The notes under the pieces are model-generated. The model did no database searches. It had not been told where the DNA came from and saw nothing but the letters and a program-made list of their open reading frames with translations. A stretch of DNA of 61,163 nt from Candidatus Aminicenantes bacterium (GTDB lineage Bacteria > Acidobacteriota > Aminicenantia > Aminicenantales > Saccharicenantaceae), in the NCBI GenBank assembly GCA_013178315.1, contig JABLWX010000007.1, positions 1 through 61,163 on the forward strand. Direction: 5' to 3'. The translations under genes and the position numbers were made by a program. Positions 49,257-58,067 of this stretch are shown here, piece after piece. Every line of letters begins with the position of its first letter. Positions within the stretch are counted from its first letter, which is position 1.

Positions 49257-50102
49257 ATGAAATACCAGGATTACTTAGAGTCTCGAAACATCAAGCTCTA
49301 CCTGGAGGAGATCTCCAAGATTCCGCCCATCACCGAGGAGGAAGAAAAGGAGCTCGGCGAGCGCCTCAAGAAGGGCGACCCGGAGGCCCTGCGCCGGCTG
49401 ATCGAGGGCAACCTGCGGTTTGTCGTTTCCTACGTCAAGAGGTACCAGGGCATGGGCCTGACCTTGCTCGACCTGATCAACGAGGGCAACCTGGGTCTGG
49501 TGGAGGCGGCCCAGCGCTTCGACCCCGACCGGAATGTCAAGTTTATCTCCTATGCCGTCTGGTGGATCAGGCAGGCCATCGTCCACGCCCTGTCCCAGGC
49601 CTCCCATTCCTTCAACCTGCCCCAGAAAATTTCGGACAGGATTTCGCGGATGAACCGGGAAAAGGAGGTTCTCCGCAAGGAGCTCGGCCGGGAGCCGACC
49701 CGCGAGGAAGTGGCCGAACGCCTTAAAATTACCCCGGAGGAGGTGGCCGACCTGGAGCTCATCCAGGAAAAGGGCCTGTCGCTCTCCGATAAGATCAGCG
49801 AGGACGAGGACCTGGAGGTCGAGGACCGGGTGTCCGACGAGCTCGAGCCTTCCGTCGAGTACCAGCTCATCAAGAACTCCATAGAGCAGCAAATCCGGGA
49901 AATCCTCAACGAGCTGGATGAACGCGAAGCCCTTGTGCTAAAATTACGCTTCGGAATAGATAGCGACGAGCCGATGACCCTCCAGGAAATCGGCGACCGC
50001 CTCGGCCTGACCCGGGAGCGGATCAGGCAGATTGAACAGCGGGCTATGCGCAAGCTGGCCCATTCGCAGAAACTGAAACAGTTGAGAGGTTACCTGAATT
50101 GA
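49257..50102 (+). CDS. Short RpoD/RpoS-like sigma-70 factor lacking region 1.1
   Basis: LYLEEISKIP (1.2), NLRFVVS, DLINEGNLGL, KFISYAVWWIRQAI, TLQEIG..TRERIRQIE. Confidence 0.93.
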   Translation: MKYQDYLESRNIKLYLEEISKIPPITEEEEKELGERLKKGDPEALRRLIEGNLRFVVSYVKRYQGMGLTLLDLINEGNLGLVEAAQRFDPDRNVKFISYAVWWIRQAIVHALSQASHSFNLPQKISDRISRMNREKEVLRKELGREPTREEVAERLKITPEEVADLELIQEKGLSLSDKISEDEDLEVEDRVSDELEPSVEYQLIKNSIEQQIREILNELDEREALVLKLRFGIDSDEPMTLQEIGDRLGLTRERIRQIEQRAMRKLAHSQKLKQLRGYLN

Positions 50103-50845
50103 CCGAAGAAAAAGTTTGCCCGGTTTGCCAGGGCAGCGGCTGGGTGGTGAAGCAGACCGAGAAGGGACCGGTGGCCCGGCGCTGCAAGTGCTTCAGCGAG
50201 CAGCAGGCCATGCTCCTGCTGCGGCAGGCCCGGATCCCGAAGCGCTACGAGACCTGCACCCTGGACAACTACGAAACCCACCATCCGACCCAGGGCGATG
50301 CCCTGAAGATTTCCAAGAAGTTCGTCAAAAATTACCCGGCCCAGGAAGTGGGCCTGCTCTACATCGGTCCGTGCGGGGTGGGGAAGACTCACCTGGCGGT
50401 GGCGGTCATCAGGGAGCTCATCCTGAAGAAAGGGGCCTACTGCATTTTTTACGACTTCCGGGAGCTAATCCGCGACATCCAGAACAGTTACACGCCGGAC
50501 TCCGAGGTGAGCGAGACCGACATCCTGGCCCCGGTTTTTAACTGCGAGGTGCTGGTGCTGGACGAGCTGGGGGCCAAGCGGCCGACGGCCTGGGTGGAAG
50601 AAACGATTTTTTACATCATAAATTACCGTTACAACCAGAAGCGCGTGACCATTTTCACTTCAAATTACCTCGACATTGAGGAAGAGCCCGACCGGCGGGA
50701 GACCTACTACAAGAAGGGCGATGAAACCCTGGTGGATAGGATTGGGGTGAGGCTCAGAAGCCGGCTATATGAAATGTGCAAGGTGGTAAATATAGCCGGC
50801 GAGGATTACCGCAAGGTGGCCCGCCAGGCCAGCTACCGCTTCTGA
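50099..50845 (+). CDS. DnaC/IstB-like AAA+ ATPase with an N-terminal Zn motif
   Basis: CPVCQGSG..RCKC, GPCGVGKTHLA, LDELG, TSN, RLRSRLYEMC. Confidence 0.85.
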   Translation: MTEEKVCPVCQGSGWVVKQTEKGPVARRCKCFSEQQAMLLLRQARIPKRYETCTLDNYETHHPTQGDALKISKKFVKNYPAQEVGLLYIGPCGVGKTHLAVAVIRELILKKGAYCIFYDFRELIRDIQNSYTPDSEVSETDILAPVFNCEVLVLDELGAKRPTAWVEETIFYIINYRYNQKRVTIFTSNYLDIEEEPDRRETYYKKGDETLVDRIGVRLRSRLYEMCKVVNIAGEDYRKVARQASYRF

Positions 50846-51026
50846 GAGCCGGCGGCTGAATTTCCCTCTTGGCACCTGTGCTACCCCTGGCCAGGCCAAA
50901 CCCATACATAAGCTCTAAATTAGGTTCAGCGTTGTCTAATCCCGGACCATTTCCTTATGAAATAATCTGGTCTATGATAATAGTTTTACAGGTTGGCATT
51001 TATTGAACATATCGCCTCGATTGGTA

Positions 51027-51055
51027 TTGCCAAAAGGCAGAATTTTTGCTATAAA
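51027..51055 (+). promoter_or_regulatory. Sigma-70 promoter of tRNA-Asn
   Basis: TTGCCA-17nt-TATAAA. Confidence 0.65.
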
Positions 51056-51068
51056 TCATTAAGCCTGC

Positions 51069-51144
51069 TCCTCGGTAGCTCAATCGGCAGAGCGGGTGGC
51101 TGTTAACCACTAGGTTGCAGGTTCGAGTCCTGCCCGAGGAGCCA
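51069..51144 (+). tRNA. tRNA-Asn (GTT)
   Basis: Acceptor stem TCCTCGG/CCGAGGA, anticodon loop CTGTTAA, T loop GGTTCGAGTCC, encoded CCA. Confidence 0.96.
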
Positions 51145-51600
51145 TTTTTATTTTTAAACCTCAATATAGCATTACCTCATATCTTTTTTTTAATTGGGCT
51201 CTAGTCTTTTAAATTATTAAAAATCGCGAGAAAATTTAAAGTCTGCTCGTCGTCTTAATTAAGCAAACAAATATTTCCAGTATATGTTCTCGCTGTTTTT
51301 ATATTATTTGACAGCCATACTTAATATCTGTAAATTATTAAAAATTGGTAGTAATGAAACTGTTCCATAATAAGGGCAAAATTAGATTTTTCTTTCTGGC
51401 GTGTTCACTTCAAAATTTAGAAGTTTTGATCATTTATGCAATAAAATATGGACCTCTATCCATTTTATTTAATTAAATGAAAAGCATCAGTTTTATTAAA
51501 AATTTTAATAATTTGGAATGGCTTAACTAAATGATGATATGAACGGAGCTAATTATCATTATAAAGTTTATATTCCTTTTATATCGAAACGGAGGAGATT

Positions 51601-54600
51601 ATGGCCGAGTCAAATCCCTTAACAAAGTTTCAATCCCTGTTACAAGAGCTTTTTCAATTTGATTGTTCTGATTTAGATTTCGGCATATATAGGATAATGA
51701 ATTATAAGCGGGGAGTTATCCAGCGATTCATTGAAAAAGATCTTCCTAATGCTGTTGCTGAAGAATTAAGGCAGGGGGTGCTAGCTGAACAAGCACAGGC
51801 ACAAGAAGCTCTGGTCTCGGCCCGCGATATATTGTTGAAAACGCTGGGTGATAATGCACTGGATGCTGATGGCAATCTTGGTGAACAATTCAAAAATACA
51901 CCTGCAGGCAAAGCCTATCTAAAAGCCCAGGCTAAAGCCAAAGCTTCACGTTCTACGGAGGCCTTGGAAGCTACCATCTATAATCACCTCTATACCTTCT
52001 TCAGCCGCTACTGGCAGGATGGGGACTTTATTTCAAGGCGTCGATATTCTAAGAAGGAGCGCTATGCCATTCCATATAATGGCGAAGAAGTAATGCTTTA
52101 CTGGGCCAACCACGATCAGTACTACATCAAAACAGGCGAATATTTTACCGATTATACATACCAAGCATCCAATGGCGTTACTGTTCATTTCAAACTTAAG
52201 CAAGTAGATTTAGAGCAGAACAACGTAAAAGCGGAGAAGCGTTTCTTTCTGCCTTTGCTTGATGGTATTTCTTGGGATGAAACCTCCCGCACGCTAATAG
52301 TTCCTTTTGAGTTTCGGCCGCTTACTGAGCAGGAGATAATTATATACGGACAGAAAAATCAGCAAGAGACCATCATCTCCAAAGCAGTAATAGATATTCC
52401 GAAGCGCATCAAGGCTATCGAGGTCTTAGCTGCATTGACTGCCGAGCGACAGAAGAGAGAAGATGGCACACCTGTCTCATTACTTGAGCACCATCTAAGA
52501 CAGTACACTCGTCGTAATACAAGCGACTTTTTCATTCATAAGGATCTTATGGGTTTCCTGTCCAGAGAGCTGGATTTTTATCTTAAGAATGAAGTGCTGA
52601 ATCTGGATGAAATTGAAAATGCCGGTGAGTCCTTGAGCGAGGGATGGTTCCAGTTAATGCGTATCATTAAGCGCATAGGACTTCGGATCATTGAATTTTT
52701 GGCTCAAATCGAGGAATTTCAGAAAATGCTCTGGGAAAAGAAGAAATTTGTTACCGAAACCTTTTATATGATTACTATAGGCAACATCCCTGAGGTTTTT
52801 TATCCCGAAATAGTTGCTTGCGATGCCCAGTGGGAGGAATGGAAGTTGTTCTTGAGCCTCAACGAGCTACCTCCCGATATACTTGCTGGAGATTTCCGCA
52901 CTCCGGAAGGGCGTCTTACATTTTTAAAAAACCATTCTACCTTGCCCTTGGACACTCGCCATTTTTCAAAAGATTTCACTGATCGTCTGCTGGCTTCTTT
53001 CGACAATATTGATGATTTGGTTGATGGCTTGCTGGTGCATTCTGAAAACTGGCAGGCGCTTAATCTCCTCAAGGAAAAGTACCGTGAGCAGATAAAGTGC
53101 ATATACATTGATCCGCCATATAATACAGGTAGTGATGAATTTCTTTATCGTGATAACTACAAACATTCTAGTTGGTTGGCGATGATGGAGAATCGGCTTG
53201 AAGCATCTAAATTTCTATTTACAAAAGATATTATTATGTTCATTAGCATCGATGATAACGAACAAAGACGATTAAAAATGCTGTTAGAACACTGTATGGG
53301 AGAACAAAATCTTATTGCCACGATTCCTGTCGTGACTAATCTCAAAGGTAATCAAGACGAGTTTGGTTTTGCAGGAACTCATGAATATGCAGAGGTCTCT
53401 ATTTTTAGCAGAGCAGATGCAAGGTTTGGAAATTTTCCCCTTCAAGATGAAGAAGAACTAGAAGATTGGGAAGAAGATGAGCACGGTTATTATAAGAGAG
53501 GGGCCAACTTGAAAGCTACAGGTATCAACGCACCGCGCTCGAAACGTCCAAATTTATTTTATCCGATTTACATCACGCAGAATGGTGAGATATCAATATC
53601 AAGGACTTCGCCCGCTGATATAGAAATACTTCCAATCACTGGTGGCGAAGAGATGAGCTGGCGATGGAGCAAAGATAAACTTGAGAGAGAAAAGCACAAC
53701 GTTATCGTTGTAAGAGAAGGGAATACAATCTCACTATATAAGAAACAACGGCCTTCAATTGGGGACATGCCAAGTAGCAAACCAAAGTCTATTTTCTATA
53801 AACCTGAATATAGCAGTGGCAACGGAACCGCTCAGATACGTGCCCTTTTTGGAAGCAAAGTGTATTCTTACCCAAAGCCAGTAGAACTTATAAAGGATTA
53901 TCTTTTGGCAGGAAATGCCAGAAGCTGGACGCTCGACTTCTTCGCAGGTTCTGGCACTACTGGGCATGCCGTTATTGGCCTAAACCGTGAAGATGGTGGT
54001 CAGCGGAAGTTTATTCTAGTGGAAATGGCCCGTTATTTTGATACTGTGCTCCTTCCAAGGATTAAAAAAGTGACGTTCACTCCAGAATGGAAGGATGGCA
54101 AGCCTAAGCGTATGGCCACCCCGGAAGAAGCAGCACGCAGCCCCCGCGTAGTAAAGGTAATAAGACTGGAATCATATGAGGACTCACTAAATAATCTGAC
54201 TTTCGATGAAGAGGGGGGACAGAAGGCTTTGGCAATGTTTATGGATGAGTATCTGCTTAATTACATGCTTCGTTGGGAAACCCGAAAGAGTGAGACAATG
54301 CTCGATATTGAGAAATTGCAATCTCCACTTTCGTACAGACTTCGTATCTACCACGATGGAGAAATCAAAGAACGGCCAGTGGACCTTCCTGAAACATTTG
54401 CATATCTTATAGGAATGGATGTAAAAACACGCAGAGTCTATGAAAATTATGGAAAGCATTATATGGTCTACCGTGGGACATTACGGAATGGAAAAACAAT
54501 TGTGGTTATCTGGAGAGAAGTAAAGGATTGGTCTGAAGAAGATTACAGACGAGAACTTGAGTTCATATCTAACCAGAAGATTACCGACGGGGCCGAAGAA

Positions 54601-54690
54601 ATCTATGTAAATGGTGATTCAATCATCCCCGGCGCCCAGTCGCTGGACCCTATCTTCAAACACCGCATGTTTATGGGAGTGGAGGGGTGA
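51601..54690 (+). CDS. Type III R-M N6-adenine methyltransferase (Mod), large form
   Basis: IYIDPPYNTG (about aa 501) precedes LDFFAGSGTTG (about aa 780), the beta-class order; begins DLDFGIYRIMN. Confidence 0.9.
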   Translation: MAESNPLTKFQSLLQELFQFDCSDLDFGIYRIMNYKRGVIQRFIEKDLPNAVAEELRQGVLAEQAQAQEALVSARDILLKTLGDNALDADGNLGEQFKNTPAGKAYLKAQAKAKASRSTEALEATIYNHLYTFFSRYWQDGDFISRRRYSKKERYAIPYNGEEVMLYWANHDQYYIKTGEYFTDYTYQASNGVTVHFKLKQVDLEQNNVKAEKRFFLPLLDGISWDETSRTLIVPFEFRPLTEQEIIIYGQKNQQETIISKAVIDIPKRIKAIEVLAALTAERQKREDGTPVSLLEHHLRQYTRRNTSDFFIHKDLMGFLSRELDFYLKNEVLNLDEIENAGESLSEGWFQLMRIIKRIGLRIIEFLAQIEEFQKMLWEKKKFVTETFYMITIGNIPEVFYPEIVACDAQWEEWKLFLSLNELPPDILAGDFRTPEGRLTFLKNHSTLPLDTRHFSKDFTDRLLASFDNIDDLVDGLLVHSENWQALNLLKEKYREQIKCIYIDPPYNTGSDEFLYRDNYKHSSWLAMMENRLEASKFLFTKDIIMFISIDDNEQRRLKMLLEHCMGEQNLIATIPVVTNLKGNQDEFGFAGTHEYAEVSIFSRADARFGNFPLQDEEELEDWEEDEHGYYKRGANLKATGINAPRSKRPNLFYPIYITQNGEISISRTSPADIEILPITGGEEMSWRWSKDKLEREKHNVIVVREGNTISLYKKQRPSIGDMPSSKPKSIFYKPEYSSGNGTAQIRALFGSKVYSYPKPVELIKDYLLAGNARSWTLDFFAGSGTTGHAVIGLNREDGGQRKFILVEMARYFDTVLLPRIKKVTFTPEWKDGKPKRMATPEEAARSPRVVKVIRLESYEDSLNNLTFDEEGGQKALAMFMDEYLLNYMLRWETRKSETMLDIEKLQSPLSYRLRIYHDGEIKERPVDLPETFAYLIGMDVKTRRVYENYGKHYMVYRGTLRNGKTIVVIWREVKDWSEEDYRRELEFISNQKITDGAEEIYVNGDSIIPGAQSLDPIFKHRMFMGVEG

Positions 54691-54691
54691 G

Positions 54692-57600
54692 ATGCCACGC
54701 CAAGGTCGAACGCTATCCAATCAAAGAAACAGATCAAGTGGCATTCAGCAATATGTCAAACTTGAACATCGATTGGTATTGCTTGCCTGGATAAATAGCC
54801 TTCTTGGCTATGAAACGAATAGAGAGCTTTTGGAAGACTGTAAGTCAGCTGCTGAAGGCTTTGGAGCAGATGGAAATAGCTTTATATATCACCATTTAAT
54901 TGCCCGCGGAGACAAGCTTAAGATAAGCAAAGATAATCTTGCCCGGTATGATGAAAATATTCGTGTTCATTTGGAGAAAATAAACCGCAGTCGGACCGAA
55001 AAGATTACCCTGCGCTATTTCCAGTATCTGGCGGCGCTCTACACAGAAATCATGCTCGACCGCCTGTTCAGATCCAAGGCCCAATTGATAGCTGATTTAA
55101 ATGCTTTTGTAGATGACCGTAACGCGCACCGTCTTCCTTCTGAACCACAAGATGATCCCTTTGTTGAAGATGATCTGATCAAACTGGCCTTCTGGATGGC
55201 TACTGGCAGCGGCAAAACGATTCTTTTTCATCTGAACTATTATCAGTTTCTATACTACAATTATGATCCCTTGGATAACATCATCTTAATCACTCCAAAC
55301 GAGGGCATGACGACTCAACACCTTGCAGAATTGGCCTCTTCTGGAATTCCGGGGCGACGGTTTGAGCTGAACACAAGCAGCTTATGGAGTGGTGGTCAGA
55401 ATGTCATTCAAGTCATTGATATACACAAGTTAGTAGAAGAAAAGAGGGGTGGCGGAGTAAGTGTTCCAGTGGAAGCATTCGAAGGACGGAATCTCATCTT
55501 TGTAGACGAAGGCCACAAGGGCACCGGAGGAGAGGTCTGGCGTAAGTATCGCGATGCGCTGGGGGCGACCGGTTTTACTTTCGAATACAGTGCCACTTTC
55601 GGGCAGGCCCTTACGGCTGCGCGTAATGATCCTCTTACAGCGGAATATGGCAAAGCAATCGTCTTTGATTACTCATATAAATATTTTTATCTTGATGGTT
55701 TTGGCAAGGATTTCCGCATAATTAATATGCCGGAGCAAGTGGATGAGCAAAAAACAGATGTCTTGCTTCTAGGGAATCTACTGTCTTTCTATGAACAGAC
55801 GCGGTTTTATGAGGAACAAAAAAATAATCTTGCCGCGTACAATCTGGAGAAACCGCTCTGGATTTTCGTGGGCAGTACGGTTAATGCAGTTTTTAAGGAG
55901 AACAGACGTCCGTGCAGTGATGTGCTGACAGTGGCGCGTTTTTTTCATCGAGTGCTAAGCGACCAGAACTGGGTAATAGAGACTATTAAAAATATTTTAG
56001 ATGGGAATTCTGGCCTGAAAATTTCTGATCAAGATATTTTTGCCGGCCATTTCCTGTTCTTGCGCGAATTAAATCTTGCTCCAGGACAAATTTTTGAAGA
56101 TATTCTATGGCGCATTTTCCATGTTTCCTCAGGTTCTGGGTTGCACCTGGGGGAGATAAAAAATAGTTCTGGAGAAATTGGATTAAAAGCTGCTAATGCC
56201 GAAAAGTACTTCGGTCTAATTTATATTGGAGATTCTTCGGAATTCAAAAAATTAGTTGAAGAGAATGCACAGGAAATAGTTATTGAACAGGATGCCATTA
56301 TTTCTTCTCTATTCGACCATATAAATGAATCGAGTTCTGACATTAATGTTTTAATAGGAGCAAAAAAATTCATTGAAGGATGGAACTCATGGAGGGTCGC
56401 CAATATGGGATTAATCAATATTGGGCGCCAGGAGGGATCGCAAATAATACAACTTTTTGGCAGAGGGGTGAGGCTTAAAGGAAAAGGCATGAGCCTTAAG
56501 CGTAGCGCTGCCTTATCTGGAAGTCATCCTAGACATATACGAATACTTGAGACACTGAATGTGTTTGGAGTAAGAGCGAAATATATGGGAGAGTTTCGTA
56601 ATCATTTAGAAAAAGAAGGTGTGGAAACGGCTGAACCACTAGAGTTATTGCTTCCCATTAGGATAAACAATGAATTTCTTGATAAGGGATTGGTTATTCC
56701 GCGGCCAAAAATTGGCTTGGACTTTGTATCGGACCAAATGTTCATATTAGAGCCAGATAATACAATTAACATAGTTGTTGATATGTCGACAAAGATTCAA
56801 GTAGTTGAAAGCGATCATTTAGAAGAAAATGGAATTACAAAATTACAGGAAGCAAGAACAGGTATCGAGCAAAAAATACCTGATGAATGCCTTGATCTTG
56901 TAGATTGGGAAAAGGTTTATTGTGATTTGATAGAATTTAAGAACCGTAAAAAGCTAGCTAATTTGGTTGTAAGACCGGAAAGGTTAAGGAAAATTATAAA
57001 GGACCTGAACTATAAGCTCATTGCGGATGAATCAGTCGTAAAACCACAGAAATTTGTGTGTGTGAAACGTCTTCAAGAAGCGGTAACAAACATTCTCCGA
57101 AAATATGCAGAAGCCTTTTATCGTATTAGGAGAGAAAGGTGGGAAGAGAAAGAGGCCCTGGTTTATTACCCGTTGGATACGGCAGATCCCAATTTAAGCT
57201 TAAACAGAGACCGAGTAGGTGAATCGCATGACGGAGCTTATATCTTAAGAGTTCAACGATCAAATGAATCAACAGAATCATTAATAAATGAAGTACAGAG
57301 GCTACTTAAGAATCTTGACCAATTATATACGCAGGATAGCCAGAATGGAGAGAATGTGGGCCGAATATATTTTGATAGGCATCTTTATTTACCTCTATTA
57401 GTTAAACAATCCGATATAATTCAATCCATTCCTCCCGGCTTAAATCTGAGTGAGTATCAGTTTGTACGAGATTTGAAGGAATATTGGGAAAATGAAAAAG
57501 AAAGGCTGTTGAAAGACAAGGATATTTATTTATTACGTAACTTGAGCCGAGGCAGAGGGATTGGCTTTTTTGAAGAGCGAGGTTTCTACCCTGATTTCAT

Positions 57601-57925
57601 ATTATGGATATTAGATAAGAAAGCTGGCCATCAGCGAATCGTATTTGCAGAACCTCATGGCATGATCCATGCCGGGCCATATGATAGAGATGAAAAAGCA
57701 CGGCTGCATGAAAAGTTGGAAGATCTTTCGGTGGTGATAGGCCGGAGAACGGGTAGAAATGGCGTTAGTCTGGATTCATTTATCATATCCGCAACGCCTT
57801 TTGAAAGTCTCAAAAAAATATATGATGATGGCAAATGGGATAGAAACAAGTTCGCTGAAAGACATATTTTATTTCAAGATGCAGGATCTGATTACGTGCC
57901 AAGAATATTAGGCATAAAGAAATAG
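54692..57925 (+). CDS. Type III R-M restriction subunit (Res), SF2 helicase plus nuclease
   Basis: MATGSGKT, VDEGH, YSATF, FIEGWN, IIQLFGRGVRL, C-terminal FYPDFILW..FAEPHG; ATG 1 nt after the mod stop. Confidence 0.88.
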   Translation: MPRQGRTLSNQRNRSSGIQQYVKLEHRLVLLAWINSLLGYETNRELLEDCKSAAEGFGADGNSFIYHHLIARGDKLKISKDNLARYDENIRVHLEKINRSRTEKITLRYFQYLAALYTEIMLDRLFRSKAQLIADLNAFVDDRNAHRLPSEPQDDPFVEDDLIKLAFWMATGSGKTILFHLNYYQFLYYNYDPLDNIILITPNEGMTTQHLAELASSGIPGRRFELNTSSLWSGGQNVIQVIDIHKLVEEKRGGGVSVPVEAFEGRNLIFVDEGHKGTGGEVWRKYRDALGATGFTFEYSATFGQALTAARNDPLTAEYGKAIVFDYSYKYFYLDGFGKDFRIINMPEQVDEQKTDVLLLGNLLSFYEQTRFYEEQKNNLAAYNLEKPLWIFVGSTVNAVFKENRRPCSDVLTVARFFHRVLSDQNWVIETIKNILDGNSGLKISDQDIFAGHFLFLRELNLAPGQIFEDILWRIFHVSSGSGLHLGEIKNSSGEIGLKAANAEKYFGLIYIGDSSEFKKLVEENAQEIVIEQDAIISSLFDHINESSSDINVLIGAKKFIEGWNSWRVANMGLINIGRQEGSQIIQLFGRGVRLKGKGMSLKRSAALSGSHPRHIRILETLNVFGVRAKYMGEFRNHLEKEGVETAEPLELLLPIRINNEFLDKGLVIPRPKIGLDFVSDQMFILEPDNTINIVVDMSTKIQVVESDHLEENGITKLQEARTGIEQKIPDECLDLVDWEKVYCDLIEFKNRKKLANLVVRPERLRKIIKDLNYKLIADESVVKPQKFVCVKRLQEAVTNILRKYAEAFYRIRRERWEEKEALVYYPLDTADPNLSLNRDRVGESHDGAYILRVQRSNESTESLINEVQRLLKNLDQLYTQDSQNGENVGRIYFDRHLYLPLLVKQSDIIQSIPPGLNLSEYQFVRDLKEYWENEKERLLKDKDIYLLRNLSRGRGIGFFEERGFYPDFILWILDKKAGHQRIVFAEPHGMIHAGPYDRDEKARLHEKLEDLSVVIGRRTGRNGVSLDSFIISATPFESLKKIYDDGKWDRNKFAERHILFQDAGSDYVPRILGIKK

Positions 57926-58067
57926 AACTTGGACTTTTTTTATTTATGTACAGAGCCTGTGTTAATTAAATTTTTTAAATTATTTTATTATGTGTTATTT
58001 TCGTTAATATTAGCGATATGGGTTCTATCCTAATAAACACAATAAACTTATTTAAGGGTGATTTATT

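Noticed and set aside
51601-54690. Phase-variable simple repeats in mod
   Set aside because: No tandem repeat tract seen in or upstream of the gene, and the frame is intact.
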